This document shows positions 20,901 through 32,400 of a stretch of 64,000 nt of DNA, in pieces (position 1 is the stretch's first letter; every line of letters begins with the position of its first letter). The notes under the pieces are model-generated. The model did no database searches, was not told where the DNA came from, and saw only the letters and a list, made by a program, of their open reading frames with translations. The stretch spans positions 18,172-82,171 of the forward strand of contig NZ_JAIXSL010000020.1 in the NCBI RefSeq assembly GCF_027484705.1. The letters are read 5' to 3'. The stretch comes from Flavobacterium sp. Its GTDB lineage: Bacteria; Bacteroidota; Bacteroidia; Flavobacteriales; Flavobacteriaceae. The position numbers were made by a program, and so were the translations under genes.

Positions 20901-23900
20901 GACGTCATTCATTCCGTTCAGGTTGGCATCTGTCCAAGTTCCGCTGAGGCTCATTTTAGAAGTTCCGCCACTGTATTGTTTGAAACCGCCTTCTTCGATA
21001 TCGGCAATGCCGTCATTGTCTGAATCAAGGTCGAACAAGTTGGCTACACCATCGGCATCCCAATCGCAATAGGTTTGCGTGATTAAGATATCGTCCATAG
21101 CAAAGTCATTTCCACCACCACCTGGGGCGTTGTTTCTAATTTTTACCATGAAATCGGTGACGTTTCCAAGATTTACAGTAGTAGAATAATTCAACCAGTT
21201 GGATAATGATGGTCCACAAGTATTGTCAAGCGGATCCGTTGCAGAACATCTTCCGATATCGCCGGTGTTGTATGAAGTATATAAAGTCGCCCCAGTAATA
21301 TCTCTAAATTCAATGGTAATGTTTGGTTTAATGGTTCCGCCAAGATTACCTTGTCGCATGATATTCATGACCCAAAATCCGAATGAGATTGGCGCATTAG
21401 GCAATACACCGTTTATTAATACTTGGTAGAAATAGGTTCCGGCAGTATTATCGGCGTTGTAAATGGCCATCCTACCGTTGGTGTCAGCAGGCGTATGGTC
21501 TAACTGATCAGTCCATGCCAAACTTTGGTGCACACTCTCTGGGTAGGCTGCATTTGAATTGTGGGAAATATAATAATTTACACAATATTCACCATCATCC
21601 AGACGAATGGAACCATTGCTACCACAATTATTCGCATTTCCGGCAATTCCGTCTTCATAACAAGAAGTAGTAGAAGCTCCAGGAATGTTGATGTTGATCA
21701 AACCTCTTGTTTTTCCTGAACCAAAGGTTTCATTCAAAAACGTTTGGGTAATGGCACTTGCAAAAGGAGAAGCGACACAGCTTGATTGCTCTAAAGTATC
21801 TACGATTCCGTCGTTGTCATCATCGAGGTCAAAGTTATCCGTTACGCTATCGCCGTCTGTATCTACGTAGGTTCTTACACCAGTGGCAGTGATTGAGAAA
21901 TTAAATGGATTCTCATCGATATCGTTGTTGGCAATAGATATTGTAGCAGTCTTAACGCCTAACACAGTAGGGTTGAAAGAGATTTGCAATATTGTTGACG
22001 CTCCGGAAGCAACAGAAGCGGCCGGCGCTCCGGTTATTGTAAAGTCACTAGCATTGGCTCCAGCAATAGTAATGGCGCCAATAACCAAAGGACCTGTACC
22101 AGAATTCGTGATGACATAATTCGCCAATACGTTTCCGTTTTCAATAGAAACGGTTCCAAAATCAGTCCAGTCGTCTTGAGAAGGAGAACTGTCGCCATCT
22201 ACGATATTGGTATATAAACCTGAAACCGCTATTTCACTTGTTGAGGTTGCGCTTATACCAAATATATATGGGTTTTCATTACTATCATTGTTAGGGATAT
22301 TGATGGTCGCAGTTCTTACACCAACCACTGTAGGTGCGAAGGTTACTACAAAAGTACTTGTGGTTGTTCCGGCTACGATGGCACTTGGAGCCGTTGAGAT
22401 GCTAAAATCTCCAGGATTTGCTCCTGTTATTGTAATTGCTCCAATGTTTAAGTTCATCGTGCCCGTATTTCTGATCGTGAAGGTTCTTGTAATGGCAACA
22501 TTACTAAAGTCCGTCCAGTCAGAGGTGTTTGGTGACATGTCACCAGTAGCGATTGAAGAACCGTTTCCTTGAATGTCAATTTCTTGAGCTACTCCTGTTC
22601 CTTGCAAGGTAAAATCGTAAGGGTTTTCGTTAGCATCATTATTTACAATTGACATGATGGCACTTCTTGTTCCAACAGCCGCTGGCGCAAATCGAACCAC
22701 AAATGTTGTGCTGCTGTACCCTGCCACTGATGCACTAGGAGGTGTTGTGATTGAGAAATCTCCTGGGTTTGTTCCGCTAAAGGTAATTGCTCCGATTGTC
22801 AGTGCTGTGGCACCTGTATTGAAAATCGTAAATGTTCTTGAGGTAGCGGTCGTACTGAAGTCTGTCCAGTCTGCCGTTGTTGGAGAGTTATCACCATCGA
22901 CAATAGAAACACCATTTCCTTGAATGTCTATTTCGTTATTGATTGCCGTTCCACGGATGGAGAAATCATAAGGATTTTCATCGGAATCATTATTTACAAT
23001 TGAAATTGTTGCGTTACTAGTTCCAATTCCAATTGGGGTATACAATACTGTAAAAGTGCTACTAGATCCTGCGATGATAATAGCCGCTGGAGGAGAAGAG
23101 ATACTAAAGTCGGCCGCATTTGCGCCTGAAAAGGTAATCGCTCCAATGGTCAGTGGCGAAGTTCCTGTATTTCTAATGGTGAATGTTCTTGTTGTAGTTA
23201 CGTTACTAAAGTCAGTCCAGTCTGCTGTAGTAGGAGTAGTGTCACCATCTACAATTGAGGTGGCATTCCCTAGAACGTCCATTTCTTGAGCAGTTCCAGT
23301 TCCTTGTAATGTATAATTGAATGGGTTTTCTGTTAAGTCATTATTTGCAATATTGATCATTGCCGTTCTCACACCCACTGCTGTAGGGTCGAATGTAACT
23401 ACAAGAGTAGTGCTTGCTCCTGATGCAACAGTGGCACTTGGCGGCGTTGTTACTGTAAAGTCACCCGGATTTGTACCTGAGAAGGTAATTGCTCCAATGG
23501 TTAAAGTGGCTACACCAGTATTGTTGATTGTAAAAGTTCTGGTGATACTTCCCGTATTAATATCTGTTGTTCCGAAGTCCGTCCAATCTGCTACAGTTGG
23601 CGTAATATCACCATCTACAATATCAACGGCATTTCCTAGAACGCTTATTTCTGGTTCGGTTCCTGTTCCTTGCAGCGTAAAATCATACGGATTTTCATTA
23701 CTATCATTGTTGACAATAGACATCGATGCTGATCTCACTCCTCCTGCACCAGGAACAAAAGTGACCACAAATGTTGTACTTCCGTATCCTGCCACCGTTG
23801 CAGCTGGTGGCGTAGTTACAGAAAAGTCTGTTGGATTTGCCCCGCTGAAAGAAATGGCACCGATGGTCAAACTAACCGCACCCGTATTTTGAATGGTGAA

Positions 23901-26246
23901 CGTTCTCGTCAGTGATCCGGAAACGGCTACCGTTGTTCCGAAGTCTGTCCAATCTGCCGCAGTAGGGGTAACGTCTCCATCAACGATAGAGGTACTATTT
24001 CCTTGAATGTTTATTTCCTGAGCTAAGCCTGTTCCTTGGATAGAAAAATCATATGGATTTTCATCAAGGTCATTGTTTGCTATAGAAATGGATGCCGTAC
24101 GAACTCCAACTGCTGATGGTGTAAAAGTAACTACAAAAGTAGTACTCGAACTAGCGCCAACGGTTGCGCTTGGTGCTGTGGTTACGGAAAAGTCAGCTGC
24201 ATTTGCACCAGATATGGAGATTGCTCCAACACCTAAGGTACTTGAACCTGAATTTCGGATTGTAAAAGTTCTTGTTGATGCTGTTCCAAAATCTGTCCAA
24301 TCAGCTGCTGAAGGCGTGATGTCTCCATCAACGATTGAAGTGGCATTTCCTTGTACATCTATTTCGTTAATAAAAATGGTTGCCGTAACGGCTACTCTTG
24401 GAGCAGAATTACACGTACCATTAAATGACTGTACATAGTAAGTAGTGGTCGAAAAAAGAACTGGAGTTGTAAAACTGTTTCCCGTTCCTAATGATCCTCC
24501 ACCAGTTGCGTTTGCATACCAAGATATGGTACCTGAAGAAGCTGTTGCAGCTAAGGTAACCGATCCTGATCCAATTCTTGAAGCAGGGGTCGTACTTGTT
24601 ATAGTTGGTGAACTTAATATAGTAAGTGTTTTTGTTGAAGTTACCAAGCTGCAAACAAGACTGTAAGCTGTAAGCGTAAGAGTAACACTTCCTGCTGCGA
24701 TATCTGCAGCGCTTGGAGTATAAGTACAAGTGCTTAATGAATTAGGATTTGCAAAAGTTCCTGTGCCACTACTAGTCCATGTAACACTCGAGTGATTTGA
24801 AGCGCCTGACCCGAAAGTGATGTTTACCGCTCCATCGCTAGAACAAGTTGTAATATTAGAACCCGCGACAGCTGTCGGTTTTTCGTAAACAGTTAGAAAC
24901 TTGGAGGAAATTACAACACCGCATGGTGCATTTCCTGTTGCGTTTAATGTTATCGTTACCGTTCCTCCCGCTATATCCGAAGCACTTGGTGTATAGGTGC
25001 AAAGTGTCAATGAATCTGCGTTTGTAAAGGTTCCAGTCCCACTTGATGTCCATAAAACGGAAGTATAGTTGGTGGCGCTTGCACCAGAAGTAATGTTGAA
25101 CGATGTCGATGTTGAGCAACCCGAAATATTGCTTCCAGCAACAGCTGTAGCCGAATCAGCTATATTTACGGACGTTGTATTAAAACTACTGATGACAGTA
25201 CTACAACCGGCACCTGACGAAAGGTTTGTAATCGTAACAGTAGTAGTCCCTATATTCAACAAAGGCGTTGTAATAGTACCTGTACCCGGACTTCCTGCCG
25301 TGAATGTCATCGTAGCAGTATTTCCCGTGGCTGAAGTTGCTCCGGATAAATTATAAGTTACTGTATAAGTTCCTGAAGGTAATGTTGTTGATCTTAACGT
25401 AACGGTTGCAGCCGAAGCATTACAAAATGGTCCGTTATTGGTTGCCGCTACTGTAAGGGCGTATGTAGGACATGTCCAGGATACAATGACCTGACCATCG
25501 GCTCCGTTTCCACCTATAGTATTGGCAGAGCCTGAGGAGTTTTTATCTCCTGCGCCACCACCACCACCACCAGGTGTAGCCGTGTTGTCTGATCCGTTAT
25601 TAGTATTCGACCCTCCATTTGCACCTGCACCTGCGCCAGTAGGTACTGGAGTAGGAGCATTAATACCCGTAGTGTTGTTCCAAGGATTTGGACCTGACAA
25701 ACCATTGCTTAAGGTTCCAGCAGAAGTTGCTCCGGGTCCACCATGTCCTGTATTTGCATCTCGTCCATAACCACCGGTTCCTCCATTGTATTTGGTTGTA
25801 CCGATACTGGCAGAGCCTAAACCACCGGTACCACCGATACCACCGATACCGCTTACTGGAGGATTACCACCGTTTCCACCTTTGGCCATTACTGTGCCTG
25901 CGGTACTGAACCATGAATCTCCTCCGTTTCCACCGATACCACCTGCAACGGCCGTTCCACCAGTACCAATTGTAACGGTATGGGTTCCGGGTGCTATTGC
26001 GAGTGCTGGATTGGTACTATAAGCACCACCACCACCACCACCGGCACCATCGGATGTTGTTGAATTTCCTCCACCAGCACCACCAGCACCCCAAGCCTGA
26101 ACCTGAACTGTTGTAACCCCAGCAGGAGCAACAAATACTCCTGAAGATGTAAAGGTTTGTGTGGTCTGTGAATAACCTAATGTTACTAATAGCAAAAAGC
26201 CTATTAGTATAATTTTTTTCCTGTTTAATAATGTAATTGTTTTCAT
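17952..26246 (-). CDS. Giant T9SS-secreted adhesin-like protein 1 (2764 aa): Gly-rich N-domain, Ig-like repeats, 7 choice-of-anchor-D-like repeats, DxDxDG Ca-binding repeats, lectin-like domain, LamG-like domain, type A CTD
   Basis: Signal peptide from ATG 26246 (MKTITLLN...GYSQ); 7 repeats EI.V.GN...DGD..P...DWTDF...ENPY.F...GTG; LamG FDGRNDY/WYHV/GKIDELR; CTD ELYNMLGQ...STGAYIVKV...KKIIIE. Confidence 0.9.
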   Translation of the reverse strand: MKTITLLNRKKIILIGFLLLVTLGYSQTTQTFTSSGVFVAPAGVTTVQVQAWGAGGAGGGNSTTSDGAGGGGGGAYSTNPALAIAPGTHTVTIGTGGTAVAGGIGGNGGDSWFSTAGTVMAKGGNGGNPPVSGIGGIGGTGGLGSASIGTTKYNGGTGGYGRDANTGHGGPGATSAGTLSNGLSGPNPWNNTTGINAPTPVPTGAGAGANGGSNTNNGSDNTATPGGGGGGAGDKNSSGSANTIGGNGADGQVIVSWTCPTYALTVAATNNGPFCNASAATVTLRSTTLPSGTYTVTYNLSGATSATGNTATMTFTAGSPGTGTITTPLLNIGTTTVTITNLSSGAGCSTVISSFNTTSVNIADSATAVAGSNISGCSTSTSFNITSGASATNYTSVLWTSSGTGTFTNADSLTLCTYTPSASDIAGGTVTITLNATGNAPCGVVISSKFLTVYEKPTAVAGSNITTCSSDGAVNITFGSGASNHSSVTWTSSGTGTFANPNSLSTCTYTPSAADIAAGSVTLTLTAYSLVCSLVTSTKTLTILSSPTITSTTPASRIGSGSVTLAATASSGTISWYANATGGGSLGTGNSFTTPVLFSTTTYYVQSFNGTCNSAPRVAVTATIFINEIDVQGNATSIVDGDITPSAADWTDFGTASTRTFTIRNSGSSTLGVGAISISGANAADFSVTTAPSATVGASSSTTFVVTFTPSAVGVRTASISIANNDLDENPYDFSIQGTGLAQEINIQGNSTSIVDGDVTPTAADWTDFGTTVAVSGSLTRTFTIQNTGAVSLTIGAISFSGANPTDFSVTTPPAATVAGYGSTTFVVTFVPGAGGVRSASMSIVNNDSNENPYDFTLQGTGTEPEISVLGNAVDIVDGDITPTVADWTDFGTTDINTGSITRTFTINNTGVATLTIGAITFSGTNPGDFTVTTPPSATVASGASTTLVVTFDPTAVGVRTAMINIANNDLTENPFNYTLQGTGTAQEMDVLGNATSIVDGDTTPTTADWTDFSNVTTTRTFTIRNTGTSPLTIGAITFSGANAADFSISSPPAAIIIAGSSSTFTVLYTPIGIGTSNATISIVNNDSDENPYDFSIRGTAINNEIDIQGNGVSIVDGDNSPTTADWTDFSTTATSRTFTIFNTGATALTIGAITFSGTNPGDFSITTPPSASVAGYSSTTFVVRFAPAAVGTRSAIMSIVNNDANENPYDFTLQGTGVAQEIDIQGNGSSIATGDMSPNTSDWTDFSNVAITRTFTIRNTGTMNLNIGAITITGANPGDFSISTAPSAIVAGTTTSTFVVTFAPTVVGVRTATINIPNNDSNENPYIFGISATSTSEIAVSGLYTNIVDGDSSPSQDDWTDFGTVSIENGNVLANYVITNSGTGPLVIGAITIAGANASDFTITGAPAASVASGASTILQISFNPTVLGVKTATISIANNDIDENPFNFSITATGVRTYVDTDGDSVTDNFDLDDDNDGIVDTLEQSSCVASPFASAITQTFLNETFGSGKTRGLININIPGASTTSCYEDGIAGNANNCGSNGSIRLDDGEYCVNYYISHNSNAAYPESVHQSLAWTDQLDHTPADTNGRMAIYNADNTAGTYFYQVLINGVLPNAPISFGFWVMNIMRQGNLGGTIKPNITIEFRDITGATLYTSYNTGDIGRCSATDPLDNTCGPSLSNWLNYSTTVNLGNVTDFMVKIRNNAPGGGGNDFAMDDILITQTYCDWDADGVANLFDLDSDNDGIADIEEGGFKQYSGGTSKMSLSGTWTDANLNGMNDVIDPIYTGVNNSVPDTDGDGARDAIDLDSDNDSLFDVDEAIANMGDGDINGDGKGDGVDTDRDGILDIYDTLSGFGTAVRPYTQNTDGIGNPDYLQVDSNNDGITDIAGSLYASLDANNDGKIDGATDTDKDGIIDAFDTNTAALGSPRDLNRKLFLDFDGRNDYGQDATALGVLTNTSMMAWIDLNSAFSATGVIAGTPNFQLRINSSRNLEAIVNGTTVAYTTTALNTSQWYHVGAVYNGATVKLYLNGVMVNSGAATGSIASSVLTLGKNPSAANTYFKGKIDELRVFNTALTDSQFQRMVYQEIQNNGTEVRGAIVPKDIGSLAYSNILRYYRMDAYKDDIVDNLITSGIDTGTGMKIYNHKVIKVQEAPMPFVTKTTGTFATAVNDATKDIRGLDVTDYDYSIIQVKHNITETANSTDLAMFVDPGVTITMNNDTKIQNDWYLKLDGKIDLQGKSQLVQSTNSELDATSAGSIERDQQGQSNKFNYNYWSSPVGGLSATTNNNAFTVNGVLRDGTDPNNIQNITWTSGYNGAATSPITLSSYWIFKFQNLTPQYANWAAVGQNGSLNPAQGFTMKGSSAATANQNYTFVGKPNNGTITVPIAGGNLNLCGNPYASAIDADAFIAANTASTTGAIYFWEHYNTNTSHNLVEYQGGYAARNLVGGTPPVAPAGISGAGSSSRIPARFIPVGQGFLVYGSGSGGNITFDNSQRAFIKETDPTSNVMFRQNNATASIVDSRFDNHEDRIAENNTNFSKIRLGFDAVNGAHRQILLGFMNEFATEGFDSGYDAPQLDIQPNDFYFAIPGQNLVIQGVDAFSDSKILPLSVKNGAEGNVKFTLDDTENLDANQNIYIHDNVTDEYHDIRSNNFEINLPVGTYDTRFSLRFTNSALGTNDFELGKEVIVSYTNTDDMINISNTMSDATIKTVELYNMLGQSIKSWDVKNADQTKIKIPVVNVSTGAYIVKVVTTKGDLSKKIIIE

Positions 26247-26299
26247 AACTTCTTTTCCCCCGAAAGCGGTTTTAGTTAATATGTAATCATTTAACAAAC

Positions 26300-26371
26300 C
26301 AAAAGTAGTCAGTGAAATTTAATTTACAAAATTTTTTATCGACAAAATACACAAAACATCGATGAAATGCA
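26300..26371 (-). promoter_or_regulatory. Promoter of adhesin gene 1 with upstream direct repeats
   Basis: -7 TACTTTTG (26307-26300), 19 nt, -33 TTTG (26330-26327), 7 nt, then 14-mers TGTATTTTGTCGAT (26351-26338) and TGCATTTCATCGAT (26371-26358). Confidence 0.8.
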
Positions 26372-26423
26372 TGTTTTTTAATAAAAAATAATATTTATCT
26401 TACGATAATTAATATTTTTTAAA

Positions 26424-26452
26424 ATAAAAAAGCTCCTCATAACGAGGAGCTT
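26424..26452 (-). terminator. Terminator of adhesin gene 2
   Basis: AAGCTCCTC-ATAAC-GAGGAGCTT perfect stem plus A-tract. Confidence 0.85.
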
Positions 26453-26477
26453 GAACCTTGATTTGGGGAAAAAAGGG

Positions 26478-29400
26478 TTATTTGATGATTATCTTTTTAC
26501 TTAAATCACCTTTTGTGGTGTGTACCTTTACAATGTATGCTCCGGTACTAATGTTAGTTACTGGAATTTTAACTTTACTTTGATCGTTTTCACTGACATT
26601 CCAAGATCTTATGGATTGACCTAATATATTGTAGAGTTCAACAGATTTGATAGTTTCATTCATCAAATTATTATTGATATTAATCATCGCGTCATTACTC
26701 GTAAATGAAATAACGACTTCCTGACTTAAATCGAAATCATTGATGTCAAGCGCTGTGTTAGAAAAACGTAACGAGAAACGCGTGTCATAAATTCCGACAG
26801 GAAGGTTGATTTCAAAATTGCCGCTTCGGATATCATGATACTGTTCAGTAACACTGTCATAGATGTAGATGTTCTGGCTGGCGTCAAAATTTTCCGTGGC
26901 GTCTAGCGTGAATTGTACAGTACCTTCCATACCATTCTTAAGACTTAACGGCAGCACTTTATGAGCATCATATGCGCCGACACCTTGAATTACTAAATTT
27001 TGTCCCGGAATCGCAAAGTATAGATCATTGGGTTGTGTGTCAAGTTGTGAAGCATCATAACCGATGTCAAAAGCATCTGTAGCAAATTCGTTCATGAAAC
27101 CTAACAGAATCTGACGGTGGTAATTATTCACAGAATTGAAACCGATCCTGATCTTAGAGAAACTCTGGGTTTCGACCATGCGGTCTTCATGATTGTCAAA
27201 TTGTTTGTCGATGATGGACAAGTCCTGATTGCTTTGTCTGAACATCACATTTGAGGTCGGATCATTTTCTTTCACAAAACTTCTTTGGTTGTTGTTGAAA
27301 GTGATGGTGCCGCCTGTCCCGCTTCCGTAGACTAGGAAACCTTGCCCTACAGGAATATACCTGCTCGGTATTCTAGTGCTTCCGCCCGAAGTGCTGACTC
27401 CAGTTGGAGAAACCGGAGGTGTTCCGCCCACAAGATTTCTCGCGGCATAACCACCCTGATAATCTAAAAGATTGTGCGAAGTGTTGGTGCCGAAATGTTC
27501 CCAGAAATATAATGTTCCCGTAATCGAAGCGCTGTTGGCCATGATAAACGCATCAGCATCAAGCGCTGAAGGATAAGGATTTCCGCAAAGATTTAAATTG
27601 CCTCCAGCTATTGTAGTAGTAATTGTACCGTTGTTTGGTTTGCCAACAAAGGTATAATTCTGCGAAGCTGATCCAGATCCCGTACCTTTCATCGTAAATC
27701 CTTGCGCCGCTTGTAAAGTACCGGTATCTCCAACGGCTGACCAGTTTGAATAAACCGGAGTCAGGTTCTGGAATTTAAAAATCCAATAGCTGCTGAGTGT
27801 AATTGGTGAAGTAGGAGCGCCATTATAACCTGCTGACCAAGTAATATTCTGTGGGTTGTTCGGATCAGTTCCGTCACGTAATACGCTGCCAATGGTGAAA
27901 GCATTGTTGTTCGATGTCGCATTGATAGCACCTACAGGCGAAGACCAATAGTTGTAGTTGAACTTATTCGATTGCCCTTGCTGGTCTCTTTCGATGGATC
28001 CTGCGCTGGTGACATCCAGATCGCTGTTGGCAGTCTGAATCAATTGTGATCTTCCCTGAAGGTCGATTTTTCCATCGAGTTTTAAATACCAGTCATTTTG
28101 GATTTTGGTATTGTTGTTCATCGTAACGGTAACACTCGGATCTACAAACATCGCCAGATCGGTTGCGTTGGCGGTTTCCGTGATATTGTGTTTCACCTGA
28201 ACGATAGAATAATCGTAATCGGTCGCATCGAGTCCGCGAATGTCTTTACTCGGATCGTTTATTGCCGTAGCAAAAGTTCCGGTAGTGCGGGTTACGAAAG
28301 GCATTGGCGCTTCCTGTACTTTGATTACTTTGTGGTTGTATATTTTCATTCCGGTTCCGGCGTCAATAGCAGCCGTTGTAAAATCATCAATGATGTCATC
28401 TTTGTAAGCGTCCATTTTGTAATATCTCAGCAAGTTCGCATAAGGCAAAGATTGAATGTCTTTAGGAACAATCGCACCTCGGACTTGACCTGCTGTATTT
28501 TGAATTTCCTGATAAACCATGCGTTGCACTTGAGCATCCGTCAAGGCTGTATTGAAGATTCTCACTTCATCGATTTTACCTTTGAAGTATTTAGTATTGG
28601 AACTCGGGTCTTTTCCTAAAGTCAATAAAGACGCATCAGCTGCAATATTTCCTGTAGCAGGCGTACTGATAACTTGCACGCCGTTCAAATATAATTTTAA
28701 GAAACCACCGCCATAAACCGCGGCTACATGATACCAACGTGAGGCATTTAAATCGAAATTGTATTTTAGAATGGTGGAGTTGACCACTGCTTCCAATCGG
28801 GCACCACTAGTGATACGCATCTGGAATTTATCCTGTCCGACGACAACACCATCAGAAGAGAAAGCACTATTCAAATCGATCCAGGCCATTAACGTCGCTT
28901 CAGGCAAACCACCTAGAACACCGGTTCCTTGACCGTAATCGTTTCTTCCGTCGAAATCTAAAAACAGTTTTCTGTTGAGGTTTCTTGGAGAACCTACCGC
29001 TGCGGTATTGGTGTCGAAAGCATCGAGAATTCCATCGCGGTCAATATCCGTCGAGCCGTCAATTTTTCCGTCGTTGTTGGTGTCTAAACTGCCATACAAA
29101 CCGGTTTGGATGTCATTGATTCCGTCAGCATTCGAATCTAATTGTAAGTAATCGGGTACGCCGTTAGTATTCGTGTCCTGTGCATAAGCTCTGGCCACGG
29201 TTCCGTAGGCTGCTGAATTGTCGTAAAGATTTAAGATTCCGTCACGATCGGTATCACTGCCATCGCCTTTTCCGTCGCCGTTGATGTCTCCATCGCCGTT
29301 GGCAAGCCCAGCTTCATCGACATCAAATAAAGAGTCATTGTCGCTGTCTAAATCCAGATAGTTGGGAATTCCGTCGCCATCAGTATCCGGGATAGCGTAA

Positions 29401-32400
29401 GTTCCGGCTGAAATTAAGGTGTCTATGTAATCGTTCATACCATTGGCATTGGTGTCTCTCCAGTTTGCCGCGTTGGTTTTATCAAAAGTCGAAGTGTTGT
29501 TGCTGTAGTTTTTGAAACCGGCTTCTTCGATATCCGCCACGCCATCGTTGTCGTCATCAAGGTCAATGATGTTGGCCATACCATCGCTGTCTGTATCTAC
29601 ACAAGCCTGGTTGATGGTGATTTGAACATCATCTATAAAGTTTCCGATGGACGCACTTCCTGATGCCGTATATCCAGCCTGAAAAGCCAGTACGATTTGA
29701 GTTTGCCCCGCAGGAATGATATAGGTTCCTGAGTACAATCCCCATGCACCCGTACCGTCAACCATAGTAGCAATCGGCGTATTGGTTTGCGCATCGGCTA
29801 AAGTGGTTCCGAATCTTACGAAAGCCTGATCGACACCGGATCTTCCCCGGTGCTTAATAGACCAGGTGATGGTTCCTGAAGCGCCATTCAAACAAAATGT
29901 TTGGTATAAAGTACCGGCAACATTCGCGTTCAATTCCGCAAATTGATTTCCTTGTGCTGCGTCGACTCCGTTGAATCCTGTACTCCAGATTTCAATCAGG
30001 TTTTCAGGGGAACTCTGCCATCCTGTTACATTGGCAGCGGGCATGATGCTGTATGTTGTTGCCCCTAATATAGGGCTGGTCACTTCAAAACTTCCGTTGG
30101 TGAATGGGTCGGTCAAACAAGTTCCGCACTCGATCACATCCGTGATTCCGTCGTTGTCATCATCGCTGTCCGTTCCGTTGTTCACGCCGTCTCCATCGCT
30201 ATCGATATTGACACCGGTCGCAATGATGCTGAAATCATAGGGATTTTCATCGCTGTCATTATTTGCAATGTTCAATGTGGCTACACGGACACCTACGCCA
30301 AGTGGAGAAAACGTTACCGTGAAAGTCGTTGAGCCGTAAGCTGGAATGGTTGAAACAGGCAAAGTGGTCACTGCAAATTCAGTGGCGTTCGGCCCAGAGA
30401 AACCAATACTTCCTATGGCCAACGGAACATTTCCGGAGTTTTGGATGGTGTATGTTCTTGTAAAAGTGACGTTGCTGAAATCAGTCCAGTCGGCTGTGGT
30501 TGGTGAGTTGTCGCCATCGGTAATGGTTACGGCATTTCCCAGAACCGTTATTTCCTGAGCGATTCCGGTTCCTTGAATGGAGAAATCGTATGGGTTTTCA
30601 TTGTTGTCGTCATTATCAATAGAAATTGTTGAGGTTCTCGTTCCTCCCGCTGTTGGGTTGAAAGCTATCGTAAATGTGGTAGAACCACCGGCAGCTACAG
30701 TAGCCGAAGGAGCGCTTGTAACGCTAAAGTCTGAGGCATTGGCACCAGAAATCATTACTGTTCCCAAATTTAATACGGCTACTCCAGTATTTCGGATCGT
30801 GAAAGTTTTTGTGGTCAAGGCTGAACCAAAATCGGTCCAGTCGGTTGTTGATGGCGTAGTATCACCATCAGCAATTGAAGTCGCATTGCCCTGAATATCA
30901 ATTTCAGGATTGTTTACAGTAGCTACCACTGGCGTTCTTGGTGTCGAAGAGCAACCGCTCAAAGTCATGGCTGAAGCATAGTAAGTAGTAGTTACTCCAA
31001 TTGATGGTGTTGTCCAGCTGTTTCCGCTTCCTATTGGCCCGCCACCGCTTAGTGTGGTATACCAGAAAACCCCGCCTGATGAACAGGTTGCACCTAACAC
31101 CACTGTTCCCGTATTAATTCTTGAACCCGGCGTTGAACCGGTTATTGTCGGTAAGGCATTTACTGTCATCGTTAATGCATTCGATGTAGCAGGTGAAGCA
31201 ATGACACAAGTAGCATTGGAAGTCATTACACATGTAATCACATCGCCGTTGGCCAAAGCTGAAGTGGCAAAAGTAGTACTGTTGGTTCCTACACTCACAC
31301 CATTTTTCTTCCATTGATAGGAAGGTGTTGTTCCACCATTGGTTGGCGTTGCCGTAAAAGTTTCTGTATTGCCCGCGCAGGTTGTTGTAGCGGTAGCAAC
31401 GATGCTTACACTTGCTGTAACATTTGGCGTGATGGTTAGTGTTTTGGTTGAAAAGATGGTTCCGCAAGGCGCATTTCCGGTTACGTTTAACCTTAAAGTT
31501 ACGCTACCGGAAGCAATATCCAATGTGCTAGGAGTATAAGTGCACAAGGTTAATGAACTAGGATTAGTAAATATTCCCGTGCCACTTGAAGCCCATGAAA
31601 AAGACGTGTAACCGCTTGCGCTGGCACCAGCAGTTATGTTTACTGCGCCGCTATTGGCACAAGTAGTTACATTCGTTCCGGCGATAGATGTTGGTGCTGT
31701 AATTAAAGTGGCCACAACTGCCGTTCTGCTAGCGGTTGTGCAACCATTATTGGTAGCATCGACATAATATGTTGTTGTTGAAGTTATACTTGGAGCGAAA
31801 GAAGTTCCGGTTCCAATACTTGCCCCGCCTGTCGCAGCAGCATACCAGTTGATGGTTCCGGCACTTGCCGTAGCGCCTAAAGTTGCCGTTCCGGCACCAC
31901 ATATTGTTGCAGGACTGGTAGTGGTGATGGTTGGCGTAGGGTTATAAGTTCCTGTTAAAGGCGAACTGACATTATATACTCTGCAACTGCCTCCACTGTT
32001 ATAAGCATATATTCTATAGTAAATATTGCTGCAAGTCGCTCCGATATTATCTGCAAACGTAGTTGTCGATTGACCGCTATTTATTGCAGCAACTGTCCAC
32101 GCTCCGACGGATTGTCCTACCGCCAATGAAGCCATGTTGGTTGGATTGGTTGTGGCGGGAACAGAAGCAGCGATAGCTCTTAAAATAACATAGCCACTAG
32201 AAACGCATTGCGTAAATGATCCGTTTATTGTAGTTCCGGAATTACTCAAAACCAATGAAGTGGGTTGACTTGGAGGCGCAGTCGGACTTATAGTACTTGC
32301 CGGAGAAAGGATAGAACCTCCTGTATTGGCTACATATAAATATTGACCTGTGTTTCCAATAGTACCTGAATTGCTAAACGATCCGGTAGATCTTAAGCTG

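Noticed and set aside
21870-24370. ~300-bp periodic repeats as a possible CRISPR or repeat array
   Set aside because: In-frame protein domain repeats diverged at third positions; no constant repeat-spacer structure and no cas genes.
26249-26261. GGGGG before the adhesin ATGs as a Shine-Dalgarno sequence
   Set aside because: The order does not match the anti-SD complement (AGAAAGGAGG), and Bacteroidota generally do not use SD pairing; the 3' UTR complement explains it better.
26247-26297. N-terminal extensions in the ORF track (adhesin 1; also dapF, ribD, GNAT, prmC, hup, xerD, rny, DUF493, lipoprotein)
   Set aside because: They run through promoter or UTR sequence; downstream starts fit the signal peptides and family N-termini better.
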